A DNA stretch of 64,000 bases from Macrostomum lignano (taxonomy: Eukaryota). The position numbers were made by a program, and so were the translations under genes. Of the stretch, positions 51,351 to 64,000 are shown piece by piece. The stretch spans positions 12,557-76,556 of the forward strand of contig NIVC01003793.1 of the NCBI GenBank assembly GCA_002269645.1, in the 5' to 3' direction. Position 1 is the stretch's first letter. The number at the start of each line of letters is the position of its first letter. The notes beneath the pieces are model-generated. The model did no database searches, had not been told where the DNA came from, and saw only the letters and a list, made by a program, of their open reading frames with translations.

Positions 51351-54300
51351 GTTAACAATATGGTTATGCAATATAAATCAAGTCTTGTAGAATGCTTCCA
51401 CACTGTGTTTTCAATATTGTGACATAATTCAATTGTGTGTCAGAATTCAGCCAGTTTATTGAGTAAATAACTAAAAAGCCTGGTGTGATGCAATCTATTT
51501 CAGAATCAGAATTCAACCAGTCACTTTTCTCTAGCATTTTTGCAATGCATTTTAAGTCAAAAAAGCTGCTTGGCCTTTGAATAAAGCATTTTTTCTAATT
51601 TTTAATCCCTTTAGCATTAAGCAATTTCTTAGCCACAATGCATGCATTATCATGGAAAAATTTCTGATTGAACAGTGCAAGTTTAAAGAAAATTGGTTGA
51701 GCTATTTTTCTCTAATCAATCTCTACTCAATCTACCTAGATAGATAGATACTAACAGACCATTTTTAGTATATGGAATAAACAAATATAGCCAATTAACT
51801 TCTTAGTGTTTCCTCTGCTTTTAGACATGTTTTTGCAATATCAGTAACATAACTCTTATGTTTAACATTGCTAGTTTGCTGATTTGTTTTGCAAAAAAGT
51901 TTTGTCTTTGCAGTGTTTTAAATGACCCTTGCAATCATTTAAGTACTAGGATTATATCTTCCTGATTCAAAGCACTTTATTTCCAAAAAAATTGTCAAAA
52001 CTATGGCTGTGGCTATGTGAATATGGTAATATTGGAGTCCCTATGGCTACAGAATATGGAGAATTACATTAAGCCGTAGTTTTGCTTAATGGCTATGGTT
52101 ATTGCAAATGAACCCCCCTTATGGCAGAACACTAAAGTGTTCTATAACACTTTTCTTTATTTAATAAAAGCACTAGGCCTTATGCCTATTCATTTGTTGG
52201 AGAGTTGGAGTTGAGTTAGAAAGCTTTTGAGCATAGCAGCTGTCTATCTTGTGTTTCAATTATATACACTGCCACACCCTGGCCATATTGTGGATTTTGT
52301 TACATTTGCCCAATAGTATTTGGCTATGTAGTAAAAAGTGTATGCTAGTAAATTATATCAATTAAGTGTTCTAGTAAATTGCATGATTAACAAGCACATA
52401 ACCAATGCAACAAGTAGTAGACAGATGCAACAAATAATTGCTGCAGAAAAACAAAACACATAATTTTAGAAAAGACTATTACTAAAGCAAAATTAGTTAT
52501 ATATATTATTGATTTAGGCAACTTTTTAATTAGTTGTAGAACTATAGAAAACTATGCTATATTATTTAATAAACATTTATTGTCATAATTTAGAAGTTAA
52601 ATTAATTACAGTAAATGATTGTTTAGTATAATTACACCAAGCTTGAACATTTATAGAGTTGAGAATTGTAAGCCCATGATTGTGCAAAACAATTGTATTT
52701 CTTCCTTGTATGCCATATGTACACTAGCTAAAGCATTTGCATGCCAGAATTTTCTGGCATATACTATACCTTTCACAATATAGCATTGCAGATCATGTAG
52801 TATATGCCCAAAAGTTCAGGCTTGCATTGGCCTTGTAAGCCAAAAGTTAGGCATGCACAGTTACCATGCATTAGGCCTAAGCAAATAGTGTGCATAGACA
52901 CCTGGCATGCGTTTTATAGACTCACAGAAAGTTAGTGTTAAGTGGAAAATAGTTTAAAAAGTAAATTTTAAGTCTAAATTTCAAGCTTTCCAGTTTTTAA
53001 GCTTGTAATAAGGTATTTAAAACTTAAACAAATGTTTGTGCATTTCAATTTTCTGCTATAAATTAGATAAGCAAGAAAGAAAAATAATCAACCAAATTAT
53101 CAACCAAAAAGGTTCCTTTGTAGAACACAAAAATGCCAGAATTTTCCAATGTGCACTTTATAGAAATCAGATGCCAAAAATAATTGAATACACACTTAAA
53201 TTTATGAAAAATCATAAAAAGATAAGTATAAATGTCAATGAAATAAAAAGAACCATTTTATCCCAGAATTAATTTCAATGAAATTAGAGACTTTAAAAAA
53301 TAATGTCAGCTGAACTAAATGAATAATACTTGAGTTATTGAAAATTAAATTAATTAAAAATCATTTATCCACCCAAAAAGCAAACTGGGATACCAAATGC
53401 ACCAAAAAGCATAGATACTATACTATAGTAGCATTGGCATTCCAAATTTTATCATGCCATATTTGTAGTAAAAATTTGTTATGTTTTAGATAATAAAATC
53501 TCTTTATTCTAAGTTTTCTTATAGCCATATAATAAATTAACAAAATTAACAAAAACATCTTATTTCTAAAAGTGAAAAGCAAAATGTAAAGACAAAGTGC
53601 CCTATTAGAAATTTTGAATATGTGCAAATGTGTGGCAAGGGTCTAGCAATAATATGCCAAGAGGTCATTTTCTAAGGTACATGGCCATGTCAAAGGATCA
53701 TTTAAAAAGTTGCTTACAAAAGGTCACAAGTAGCATAGTCTTAACTCCTAGAAATGCTTTTTTACTTACAAAATTTTTTATTCCCATTAATTTGATATTT
53801 CATTTGATATTTTGCTTTTAATTGTTGTTTCTATAATTCATAGAATAAATTTGTTATAATATATTTTACCATGTGGCAATTTTGTTATATTGCTATTTTG
53901 ACATGTCATTTTTCTATGCAGGGCTGTTTTGATATATATTTCAAGCATTGCATTGTGTTACACTGCACTATGTTGCACTAAAGGCTGCTTCACAGAAAAT
54001 GTGCCATGCCACAGGGTCATTTTGAAAACATGCCAGATAGCCATCTGCCATTTAGCAACTTTTTCCAATAAGACCAAAGTGAAAGCAGTCAATCAAAAAG
54101 CAAAAACTCTTTCAAACCTAGTGATTTGTTTACTTTGATACAATAAATATAGATGCACTATATATATGATAGATGATAATGTATCTGTTTATTTAGCCAA
54201 GAAAATAAACCACCATTAGACAAGATCTCTGTAGCTGTAATCTATAACCAAATACAGCTAAAACTGATAAAAGAATGATAGGATAAAAGCAAATTTTACT

Positions 54301-56737
54301 TTTGTTGCATAGTAATAGTGCTGTGGGTCAGACTTGGTGTTGCAAGCCAGATCTGGTCCATGTGCCAGAGTTTTCCAACCCCTGGTCTAAAGCATGTGCT
54401 AGCAAACTCTGGCCTTTGCCTCTTTCTCTCTATCCCTTTGAAACTTCTCTCTTCTTTCTTTCTCCTTTCTTTTCTTATCTTATCTATCATCTCATTTTCT
54501 TTGTCATTTATTCTTTCCTCTTTCTTTCCTCATCTCCTTTCTCCCTTCTCTCTTTTGGTGTCTCTTTCCCTCTTCTCTTTCTCCTTTCTCCTCTCTCCCT
54601 CTCTTTACTTAGGAGTCTATAGCAAACAAATTTTTACATACCCAGGCATACAGAGTTTCCATTTTTAAAGTTGAGATCTATAGCCTCTTAGAATCTATTT
54701 TGACTACTTATATAGTCACCATATCAGTAACAGCTGCCTATTTAAGAGTCAACCTTAGGCTTAGAGGGCATAAGAAAACTGCAGTAATATTTTTCTCAAG
54801 TTTTTTATTATAGTCAATGTCTAACTTTTTCCTCTGATAGTAAATATAGTTTCTATATATTAAATGTTTTTTATTGGGAAACAAAGCTAACCTGTTAAAA
54901 AGTAAAAAAGAAACAATTTTATCATTTGAGTGTATTTACTTAAATATATAGGTTAAGACTTCAAAAAATGTTTATTGTCAAAATTTGTATAAATGTCAAA
55001 ATTTATTTTATAGTACTTATAAAGCATCTAATGTACATATATTGCCTATGTCTATGACTAGTAAGCAAAGACTTAATTTTTAGAACATTCAACTTAGTCT
55101 ATTTCCTGCTTTTGGATCTAGATTTCATTCTTATTATTGTAAAGCAATGTAATACAATAACACAAACTAAAAATAAAGATTGAACATAAGAAATATAAAT
55201 GAGCAAAAAATTTATTCATATAGGTTATCTTTAAGACTAGAAATGTATGCCAATGTACACGACAGTCAAAATAAACCATTATTATTTAGAAAACAGCCCT
55301 ATAAGGTAATTAAAACAAAACCTTAAGCATATACTAGTATAATTTATTTGAAAATATTTTTTAAAAAATTTCTATAATAAAGTACTAGTTTAGTATGTTT
55401 TATGTAGCTGGCACACCTAAGATTTTAAAATAATAGGATATATCTAAAAAATTGCTGTCAAAGAAAGTAGTTTTTTATGATCTTTTGCTTTATATAAATA
55501 GTAAAAAAGTACCTATACCATTAATAATCAAAAATAAAACTACAAGATATCACAAAATCACAATATAGTTCTATTCTACATATTTGTTCAGACATATTAG
55601 TAGCAATATGCCATATATGTGTAGTGTCTAGATGTGTTTTAATTGTGCCTACTTATATGCAAAAATATTTTTATGGTGTACAAATAATATAAAAAACAAT
55701 AAAAGCTATATAAATTAACTGTTGCATTATAATGGTAAAGCAGTTGTCATTTATTTGTATAGTTTTTGTTTTATGTAACATTTGAGCAATATAAAAAAAT
55801 ATTTGGTTAACTATATAGACTTTAGTGAGTCATTTGAAAAAATATTTCTTAGAGAGCTAGATGCTTCATATCTTTATCAATTCTCTATAAAGCTACAAGT
55901 ATTATTTAGAATAAATAAAGTTTTGAGCATAAAAATCAAACACAAGTAGTAAAATGGTCATTGGTCATCAAAGGCATTGCATTTAGGCTAATAGAAGACA
56001 AAAAATGAGATTATAAAAAGTAAACTTTTTTGTGAAGTAATTTTAAATTTTTCTATATTAAAATGATAAAACAATTTTTTCTAAGGGTGTCCCATGTAGA
56101 AAAGGAAAATTTTTTTGTTATAGTTATTAGTATTGCTATTTTAAAACAAATAAGATACTCGTAACTTGATTTTCTGTAGTTAAGATAACATAGTAGAAAA
56201 TAATTTATCTTAGAATTAATTGAACCCAACCATTTTAATGTTAATTTCTAAATAAAGTAATTTTAGCATATCTATTGAGCCATTCATAAATGTATTTTCA
56301 AACATTTAATAGAAAAGATTAATCTTCTTAAAGATAAGATTCTTTTTTCTGTCAGTTAGATTATTAAAACTATATTCTGACAGATATTTTAACTTATAGG
56401 TCTTTCTTAACTGTTAGTATTGCCCTTTTTATTGTCATAATGTCGTTTTGAATATAAAATTTGGAACTTTACAAAAATTAAAATACTCTAGTTGGAAGCA
56501 GCTAATAAATGAATAATGTAGTGTCTGCTTTGTTATGTTTTATTTATGCTACCAGTTGACACGTGGATATTTGAAATTGTAATGTTTAGTTTAGTTTATA
56601 AGTGAAGGCTGATTAAAATATAAAAAATGAATGCTACTGGTTTTAAATGCACAGAAAAACGCATCTAAATACATGTGTTGTTTGCCATATTTCCTTAAAC
56701 ATTTTATTATTTTGTATGTGCTACTTTTAGTAGTTGA

Positions 56738-56989
<252 letters not shown>

Positions 56990-58449
56990 TCCCGGCTTGA
57001 TCTAATGCTCATTGCTTGTTGCTTTTTTCCTATGTATCTTTTGCGTCTGAATAAATACTATATTACTGCCATTGTGACGACAACTGTAATACGAGTACCC
57101 AACTGAAATTGGCAGGTTTATTGGTGTCAATACTGCCAATTATTAACATTTTAATATTACCATTAATATTGCATTCTAACTCAAATTCGTTTTTGTTTGA
57201 CTTTTGCGTAAACTTCTTGTCAATGTTAAGCATTGCTTTTATTTTAATTTTGAAAAGAAAAATAAACTTTGTTTTAACTGAGCAAAAAGGAGAAAAAAAA
57301 TCAAACGTTTTCGACTTCGAATTGGGACACTAGGATTGTCTGCCTAGCTTAGAGAACAGCAAAAAAATACTAAATCTATAATACATCAACTTTAATAGCT
57401 ATGAAGACAAAAAATTATATTTACTAAGGTTTAGCTTATTTATTTATCAACATCCGGTTTAGTGGTTGGTTATTAAATTGGAAATTAATTATTGGTGTGC
57501 TTTAGTCGTTGTTTTTTTAAATAATTTTTTTTAATAATGCTTTCCTTGGTTAAGTGGCCAAACTATCAATTAGCTTCCCAACCGAACATTTGACCGAATT
57601 TCTAAACTAGGCCAGCCTAACTGCCCTCGCTCTGTCCTGCCTGTGTCGTCGGGGTTTGACCCTGTCGTCGCTGCCGCAGGGTCAGTGCAGTACTGGCTAC
57701 GTCAGTGTGACTGCCTCGCTTCTGGCCAAGCCATGTAAGTCGAATCATTAATTTAATATTTTGTTCAAAAGCACTTACAATTTCTTCTTTCGCACGCCTT
57801 GGTCGTAAAATTCCGTGTTAAAACTACATGCCATCATTACACGGTATTGGGTAGCTTACAGTTTCAATGCGGCCTACAAGGTAACGGCACTGGAAGATAT
57901 TTTAGTCGTGTACTTACATGTATACTTGTGCTGTATAAGTAGTATGATACGCTGCGGCTTCTCGGGTACACTCTTTCATCATTCGGCAGTCTAATCGAAT
58001 GTACAAATAAGTGAAATCCATCTTGTCCGTCTCCTATTGTCGGCGTTCGCACATTCACTAGGCCGCGTACAAGTACAACTCGTACAACTCTTTAACCATC
58101 GACGACTTGGACACCTTGGATCGACTCGGGCTGTCTGCAAAGCAGATTTCAACAAATTGTAGGTTTGCGGTCATCCTTGTCTGTCACATACCGAGTTGCC
58201 TTTGTCTGTCCCTCTAGCGTTTATGTCGTGCAGAATTTAAACTTCGGATGTCGTGTTACCCGTGCATGTACGAAATCGCCTCTGGAAGCCGCGTTACATG
58301 TACATGTACGGAAAATCGCCCTTGGTTCTACTGTGAATGTACATATGTATGTCGGGATACACGTACGAAATCGCCCTTAGTTGGATGTCGTGTTACACAC
58401 TTGCACACGTGCCTGTACATCTTGACTGCTCGTAACTATAATTAAGTAC

Positions 58450-58665
58450 ATGTACGCCTTCAACCCATCGACCTATAAAACAGCAAAGAGCACAAAGAAA
58501 AAGTCGTCTGCAACAAGGACATCACCGGAGACCGACGAAACACAATCAGCTGCAGCCAACAATGACACCGCAAAACATGCAAATCAACCCGCGTCGCCTA
58601 CTGCGTCAACAAGCGGCATAAAATCTGCTACTGATAAGCCAGCTGCCAGAGAGAGGAGGCACTGA
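58450..58665 (+). CDS. Possible divergent member of the small Lys/Ala-rich protein family (start uncertain)
   Basis: Coding-like composition. The segment gccaacaatgacaccgca (ANNDTA) resembles gccaacaaggacgccgcc (ANKDAA) of type B. Confidence 0.35.
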   Translation: MYAFNPSTYKTAKSTKKKSSATRTSPETDETQSAAANNDTAKHANQPASPTASTSGIKSATDKPAARERRH

Positions 58666-59566
58666 TTCGAAAGCAACTGATGTCAATCAAGTTAAACTAT
58701 TCTTAATAATTGGCATTCAAAAGTAACCATACCCTACTACACTACTACTACCCATACTACACGAGTCTGTATTATGTTCCATCCGCTCATTTATGCAGTA
58801 CATACATGTATTCTATAATTAGCTAAAGCCAACTTTACAATTACGTTAGCATAAGAAATTTCAGTTAGTCTGCTCATATGCATATCATCTCTCTGTATTA
58901 TTGCATTAAAAATTGCAATAAATTTTGAATAGATTAGACTTAAAGTGAGCATATCTGCAAGTTCCCTTATTTAACTACACCTGTGCGGTACATACAGCCT
59001 AGCCACACTTCTTAACTTCCATTTAGCTTACTCCATCCTTAAGTACATGTACTTCCTTGCCTTAAGTACATTTCTAGACATCTGTAGACCAGTTGCGGCA
59101 GCCATTGTTAAAGCTGCAGCCGGAAGACTTCACTGCGTTTCAATGACACGGTTTATCAAAGCGACCCTAGTCTACAAAAAGAGAGCTATTGAAAATTATT
59201 GGTAGTTCCTTCATTCAGCAATTCAACTTTTCTACACAACTAATCTGTGGAAATGGAGTGTACGGCTCGAAAATGTATAATTTCTAGGCATCCCTTGCGA
59301 GCTGGTCGGGTCATCAGGTTTATCAATGCAACCAGCGTCGATCATTAGTTGTATGAGTAGAAAGAGTGAAATTCCTTTGGTATTTAGCTAAGTTATACTC
59401 TGGTTGGTAGCACTTAAAAATTCTAGCTAGCTACTTGATTAAGATGCACGCAGACTTCGTTCGCTGCTGTGTGTGTGTTGTTGTTGTGTGAGCACTATAT
59501 GACTTGCTTACTGTCGCCCCGATTGCAGCTCTAAGCAGCTTTCAAGCACAAAAAGCAAAACACAGA

Positions 59567-59707
59567 ATGCCAGCCAAGCAGAACCAGCAGCAGGGAGCCG
59601 GCAAGCAGCAGGCAGCCGATGCCAACAAGGACGCCAAGCAGCAAAAGCAGCAGCAACAACAACAGCAGGCTGGTGGCGCTGCCGCCAAGGCCGGTCAGAA
59701 GAAGTGA
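59567..59707 (+). CDS. Small Gln/Lys/Ala-rich protein type A, copy 1 (46 aa)
   Basis: MPAKQNQQQGAGKQQAADANKDAKQQKQQQQQQQAGGAAAKAGQKK. GC3-rich codons like SPT6/TMA7 exons, A-rich start context, upstream ttgcag acceptor-like site, and paralogous to type B. Confidence 0.7.
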   Translation: MPAKQNQQQGAGKQQAADANKDAKQQKQQQQQQQAGGAAAKAGQKK

Positions 59708-60430
59708 TGCGATTTCAGAGAGATCAATTGTTAGGTGTGCTCTGCACCGCATGACAGCCAGGCCTACTATTGGCGTGACTGAGTGGAACTCTGAGCTCTC
59801 TCTATACCTGTACAGTATACTATAATCTGTCCGCATTAGCGTATCGTCTTTGTTAGGGCTAAAGAGTCGCTGCATCCAGCTCTGAAACTGCAATTAGGTT
59901 ACTTACTGTATTCTGTACTGTACTAACCTTACTCACGTGCTGACGAAAGCTTATAGTTGTAAATTGATCCTTTGAAAAAAGTTGTTTGATTGTAGAATAA
60001 TTACAGTAGCATTTCCTAATTACATATTGGACAGTATTTTTAAAGCAAGCAGGTGTTTTCGGCTCTCGTTCTTTAAATGCTCTCTGTTTCCCTATATGCT
60101 TAGGATGTTTTGTGTTAGATCAGCAGTTGCAGACAGAGAAAGGGGGCATTACTTGCATTTGGCTTGATATAGCATCCTCTAGATTTCGTTGTCCAGCACA
60201 TCCAACTAGAGGCTAGATATGCACCAATGTTCCTTGTAGAGCTGCACTGCTCCAATAAGCGGTTAAATAAGAAGAAGTGCCCTTTAGGACATATCTAGAT
60301 AGTTTTTCTAATGAGGATGTACAGCCAGCTAGCTATACTTGAAGTTGACGTTGGTCACCTTGCAAACCGCAGCTGCTCGCTTCTCAAATTGCAGCTTCAA
60401 GCATCAGCTTCCTAATCTCAACAGACAAAC

Positions 60431-60556
60431 ATGCCTGCCAAGAAAGCCGCCGCCGACAAGAAGGCCGCCGATGCCAACAAGGACGCCGCCAAGCAGCAGC
60501 CGGAAAAAGCCGAGGGCGAGCAGGCCGCTGCCAAGGGCGGTCATAAGAAGAAGTGA
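60431..60556 (+). CDS. Small Lys/Ala-rich protein type B, copy 1 (41 aa)
   Basis: MPAKKAAADKKAADANKDAAKQQPEKAEGEQAAAKGGHKKK. It was missed by the ORF track. It shares MPAK, AADANKDA and AAAKxG..KK with type A. Confidence 0.7.
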   Translation: MPAKKAAADKKAADANKDAAKQQPEKAEGEQAAAKGGHKKK

Positions 60557-61443
60557 TCGATGTGCGTTGCGGATCGCGCTATACCAACCTGTATGCTGGC
60601 TTGATCGCGGCGCTCCTACCGACCTGTACGAGTTGCTGGATGCCTGCTGATCAAACTGCAACTTATAGCGAATTGTAATTACATGTGCTGGCCGGATACT
60701 AATCAATGTTGCATCATACTCAGTTATTACATACTACACAACTGCAGTCTCTACAGCTCTGCACTGTAAAGCGCAGACGCATTTTATACAGTACGTAAAT
60801 CGTAGCCTGTCAGCCATGCTCTATACTATGGTACCAGCTGCTCTGTTCTGACGGGCAGTCATGTACTTGTCGTAAATTACATTGTTGTACTGGGTGCATC
60901 AGTTACTTACAAAGTTGTTGCAACAACCAACAATCGTTTTTCGGCTTGAGCTCTACTTTTACCAATATTTTTGCTGCTTCCTAGTCACGTATATAGTTTC
61001 ATGCTCCTCAAGGCTTAGGGGCCTCTCGCTCACAGGCTGACAGTGGGGCTGTTTCAGTTTATGTATAAGAGTTAGACATTTTGCAGTGCAATAATTAGCT
61101 ACTGGGCTTTTGTAGACTAATCTGTGGAAATGGAGTATACGGCTCGTAAATGTATAATTTCTAGGCATCCCTTGCGAGCTGGTCAGGTCATCAGGTTTAT
61201 CAATGCAACCAGCGTCGATCATTAGTTGTATGAGTAGAAAGAGTGAAATTCCTTTGGTATTTAGCTAAGTTATACTCTGGTTGGTAGCACTTAAAAATTC
61301 TAGCTAGCTACTTGATTAAGATGCACGCAGACTTCGTTCGCTGCTGTGTGTGTGTTGTTGTTGTGTGAGCACTATATGACTTGCTTACTGTCGCCCCGAT
61401 TGCAGCTCTAAGCAGCTTTCAAGCACAAAAAGCAAAACACAGA

Positions 61444-61584
61444 ATGCCAGCCAAGCAGAACCAGCAGCAGGGAGCCGGCAAGCAGCAGGCAGCCGATGCC
61501 AACAAGGACGCCAAGCAGCAAAAGCAGCAGCAACAACAACAGCAGGCTGGTGGCGCTGCCGCCAAGGCCGGTCAGAAGAAGTGA
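61444..61584 (+). CDS. Small protein type A, copy 2
   Basis: Same translation as copy 1, offset by 1877 bp. Confidence 0.7.
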   Translation: MPAKQNQQQGAGKQQAADANKDAKQQKQQQQQQQAGGAAAKAGQKK

Positions 61585-62307
61585 TGCGATTTCAGAGAGA
61601 TCAATTGTTAGGTGTGCTCTGCACCGCATGACAGCCAGGCCTACTATTGGCGTGACTGAGTGGAACTCTGAGCTCTCTCTATACCTGTACAGTATACTAT
61701 AATCTGTCCGCATTAGCGTATCGTCTTTGTTAGGGCTAAAGAGTCGCTGCATCCAGCTCTGAAACTGCAATTAGGTTACTTACTGTATTCTGTACTGTAC
61801 TAACCTTACTCACGTGCTGACGAAAGCTTATAGTTGTAAATTGATCCTTTGAAAAAAGTTGTTTGATTGTAGAATAATTACAGTAGCATTTCCTAATTAC
61901 ATATTGGACAGTATTTTTAAAGCAAGCAGGTGTTTTCGGCTCTCGTTCTTTAAATGCTCTCTGTTTCCCTATATGCTTAGGATGTTTTGTGTTAGATCAG
62001 CAGTTGCAGACAGAGAAAGGGGGCATTACTTGCATTTGGCTTGATATAGCATCCTCTAGATTTCGTTGTCCAGCACATCCAACTAGAGGCTAGATATGCA
62101 CCAATGTTCCTTGTAGAGCTGCACTGCTCCAATAAGCGGTTAAATAAGAAGAAGTGCCCTTTAGGACATATCTAGATAGTTTTTCTAATGAGGATGTACA
62201 GCCAGCTAGCTATACTTGAAGTTGACGTTGGTCACCTTGCAAACCGCAGCTGCTCGCTTCTCAAATTGCAGCTTCAAGCATCAGCTTCCTAATCTCAACA
62301 GACAAAC

Positions 62308-62433
62308 ATGCCTGCCAAGAAAGCCGCCGCCGACAAGAAGGCCGCCGATGCCAACAAGGACGCCGCCAAGCAGCAGCCGGAAAAAGCCGAGGGCGAGCAG
62401 GCCGCTGCCAAGGGCGGTCATAAGAAGAAGTGA
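62308..62433 (+). CDS. Small protein type B, copy 2
   Basis: Same translation as copy 1, offset by 1877 bp. Confidence 0.7.
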   Translation: MPAKKAAADKKAADANKDAAKQQPEKAEGEQAAAKGGHKKK

Positions 62434-63318
62434 TCGATGTGCGTTGCGGATCGCGCTATACCAACCTGTATGCTGGCTTGATCGCGGCGCTCCTACCGAC
62501 CTGTACGAGTTGCTGGATGCCTGCTGATCAAACTGCAACTTATAGCGAATTGTAATTACATGTGCTGGCCGGATACTAATCAATGTTGCATCATACTCAG
62601 TTATTACATACTACACAACTGCAGTCTCTACAGCTCTGCACTGTAAAGCGCAGACGCATTTTATACAGTACGTAAATCGTAGCCTGTCAGCCATGCTCTA
62701 TACTATGGTACCAGCTGCTCTGTTCTGACGGGCAGTCATGTACTTGTCGTAAATTACATTGTTGTACTGGGTGCATCAGTTACTTACAAAGTTGTTGCAA
62801 CAACCAACAATCGTTTTTCGGCTTGAGCTCTACTTTTACCAATATTTTTGCTGCTTCCTAGTCACGTATATAGTTTCATGCTCCTCAAGGCTTAGGGGCC
62901 TCTCGCTCACAGGCTGACAGTGGGGCTGTTTCAGTTTATGTATAAGAGTTAGACATTTTGCAGTGCAATAATTAGCTACTGGGCTTTTGTAGACTAATCT
63001 GTGGAAATGGAGTATACGGCTCGTAAATGTATAATTTCTAGGCATCCCTTGCGAGCTGGTCAGGTCATCAGGTTTATCAATGCAACCAGCGTCGATCATT
63101 AGTTGTATGAGTAGAAAGAGTGAAATTCCTTTGGTATTTAGCTAAGTTATACTCTGGTTGGTAGCACTTAAAAATTCTAGCTAGCTACTTGATTAAGATG
63201 CACGCAGACTTCGTTCGCTGCTGTGTGTGTTGTTGTTGTGTGAGCACTATATGACTTGCTTACTGTCGCCCCGATTGCAGCTCTAAGCAGCTTTCAAGCA
63301 CAAAAAGCAAAACACAGA

Positions 63319-63459
63319 ATGCCAGCCAAGCAGAACCAGCAGCAGGGAGCCGGCAAGCAGCAGGCAGCCGATGCCAACAAGGACGCCAAGCAGCAAAAGC
63401 AGCAGCAACAACAACAGCAGGCTGGTGGCGCTGCCGCCAAGGCCGGTCAGAAGAAGTGA
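63319..63459 (+). CDS. Small protein type A, copy 3
   Basis: Same translation as copy 2, offset by 1875 bp. Confidence 0.7.
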   Translation: MPAKQNQQQGAGKQQAADANKDAKQQKQQQQQQQAGGAAAKAGQKK

Positions 63460-64000
63460 TGCGATTTCAGAGAGATCAATTGTTAGGTGTGCTCTGCACC
63501 GCATGACAGCCAGGCCTACTATTGGCGTGACTGAGTGGAACTCTGAGCTCTCTCTATACCTGTACAGTATACTATAATCTGTCCGCATTAGCGTATCGTC
63601 TTTGTTAGGGCTAAAGAGTCGCTGCATCCAGCTCTGAAACTGCAATTAGGTTACTTACTGTATTCTGTACTGTACTAACCTTACTCACGTGCTGACGAAA
63701 GCTTATAGTTGTAAATTGATCCTTTGAAAAAAGTTGTTTGATTGTAGAATAATTACAGTAGCATTTCCTAATTACATATTGGACAGTATTTTTAAAGCAA
63801 GCAGGTGTTTTCGGCTCTCGTTCTTTAAATGCTCTCTGTTTCCCTATATGCTTAGGATGTTTTGTGTTAGATCAGCAGTTGCAGACAGAGAAAGGGGGCA
63901 TTACTTGCATTTGGCTTGATATAGCATCCTCTAGATTTCGTTGTCCAGCACATCCAACTAGAGGCTAGATATGCACCAATGTTCCTTGTAGAGCTGCACT

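Larger units (their letters stand above)
48010..52134 (+). mobile_element. 4.1-kb composite TAGTGTTCC-family element containing nested MITEs, satellites and an inverted copy of its own family
   Basis: Decayed left TIR taatgttttgctata (48010) and right TIR tatggcagaacacta (ends 52134). Perfect TSD aagtgttc at 48002-48009 and 52135-52142. Confidence 0.75.
59239..64000 (+). repeat. Tandem array of ~1876-bp gene-bearing units (2 full units plus 1 partial, continuing past the window)
   Basis: Units start at 59239, 61116 and 62991 (actaatctgtgg), with spacing 1877 and 1875. Copies are near-identical, with a few substitutions and TG/GTT-tract length differences. Confidence 0.97.

Noticed and set aside
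59504-59566. Upstream TTG-initiated extension of type A ORFs, and overlapping ORFs such as 60339-60650 and 59531-59893
   Set aside because: These rely on non-ATG starts or are alternative-frame or antisense readings. The ATG at 59567 aligns with the type B start (MPAK).

Overview
Eukaryotic (animal) genomic DNA with GC-rich, CpG-rich exons, GT-AG introns and AT-rich, transposon-dense intergenic blocks. The style (introns filled with simple tandem repeats) is consistent with a flatworm such as Macrostomum, but that is inference. Genes: one exon of a rhodopsin-class GPCR (minus strand, ~1.3-1.6 kb), a complete 12-exon SPT6 (16694-32910, 1696 aa as modelled), a 4-exon mitochondrial-type branched-chain aminotransferase (36454-39822, 413 aa), TMA7 (56795-56989), and a ~1.88-kb tandem array from 59239 to the window end in which each complete unit carries two paralogous 41-46 aa Lys/Ala/Gln-rich micro-ORFs. 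The most striking hidden feature is a decayed endogenous viral element at ~14.0-15.3 kb (minus strand): an RdRp core fragment of a negative-strand RNA virus L gene (Mononegavirales/Jingchuvirales-like), bracketed by ~90-bp direct repeats. Almost every intron carries its own unrelated minisatellite. Several families of non-autonomous DNA transposons with 8-bp target-site duplications are present, some nested, and older copies show CpG decay. Most long ORFs in the supplied track are artefacts of repeats.
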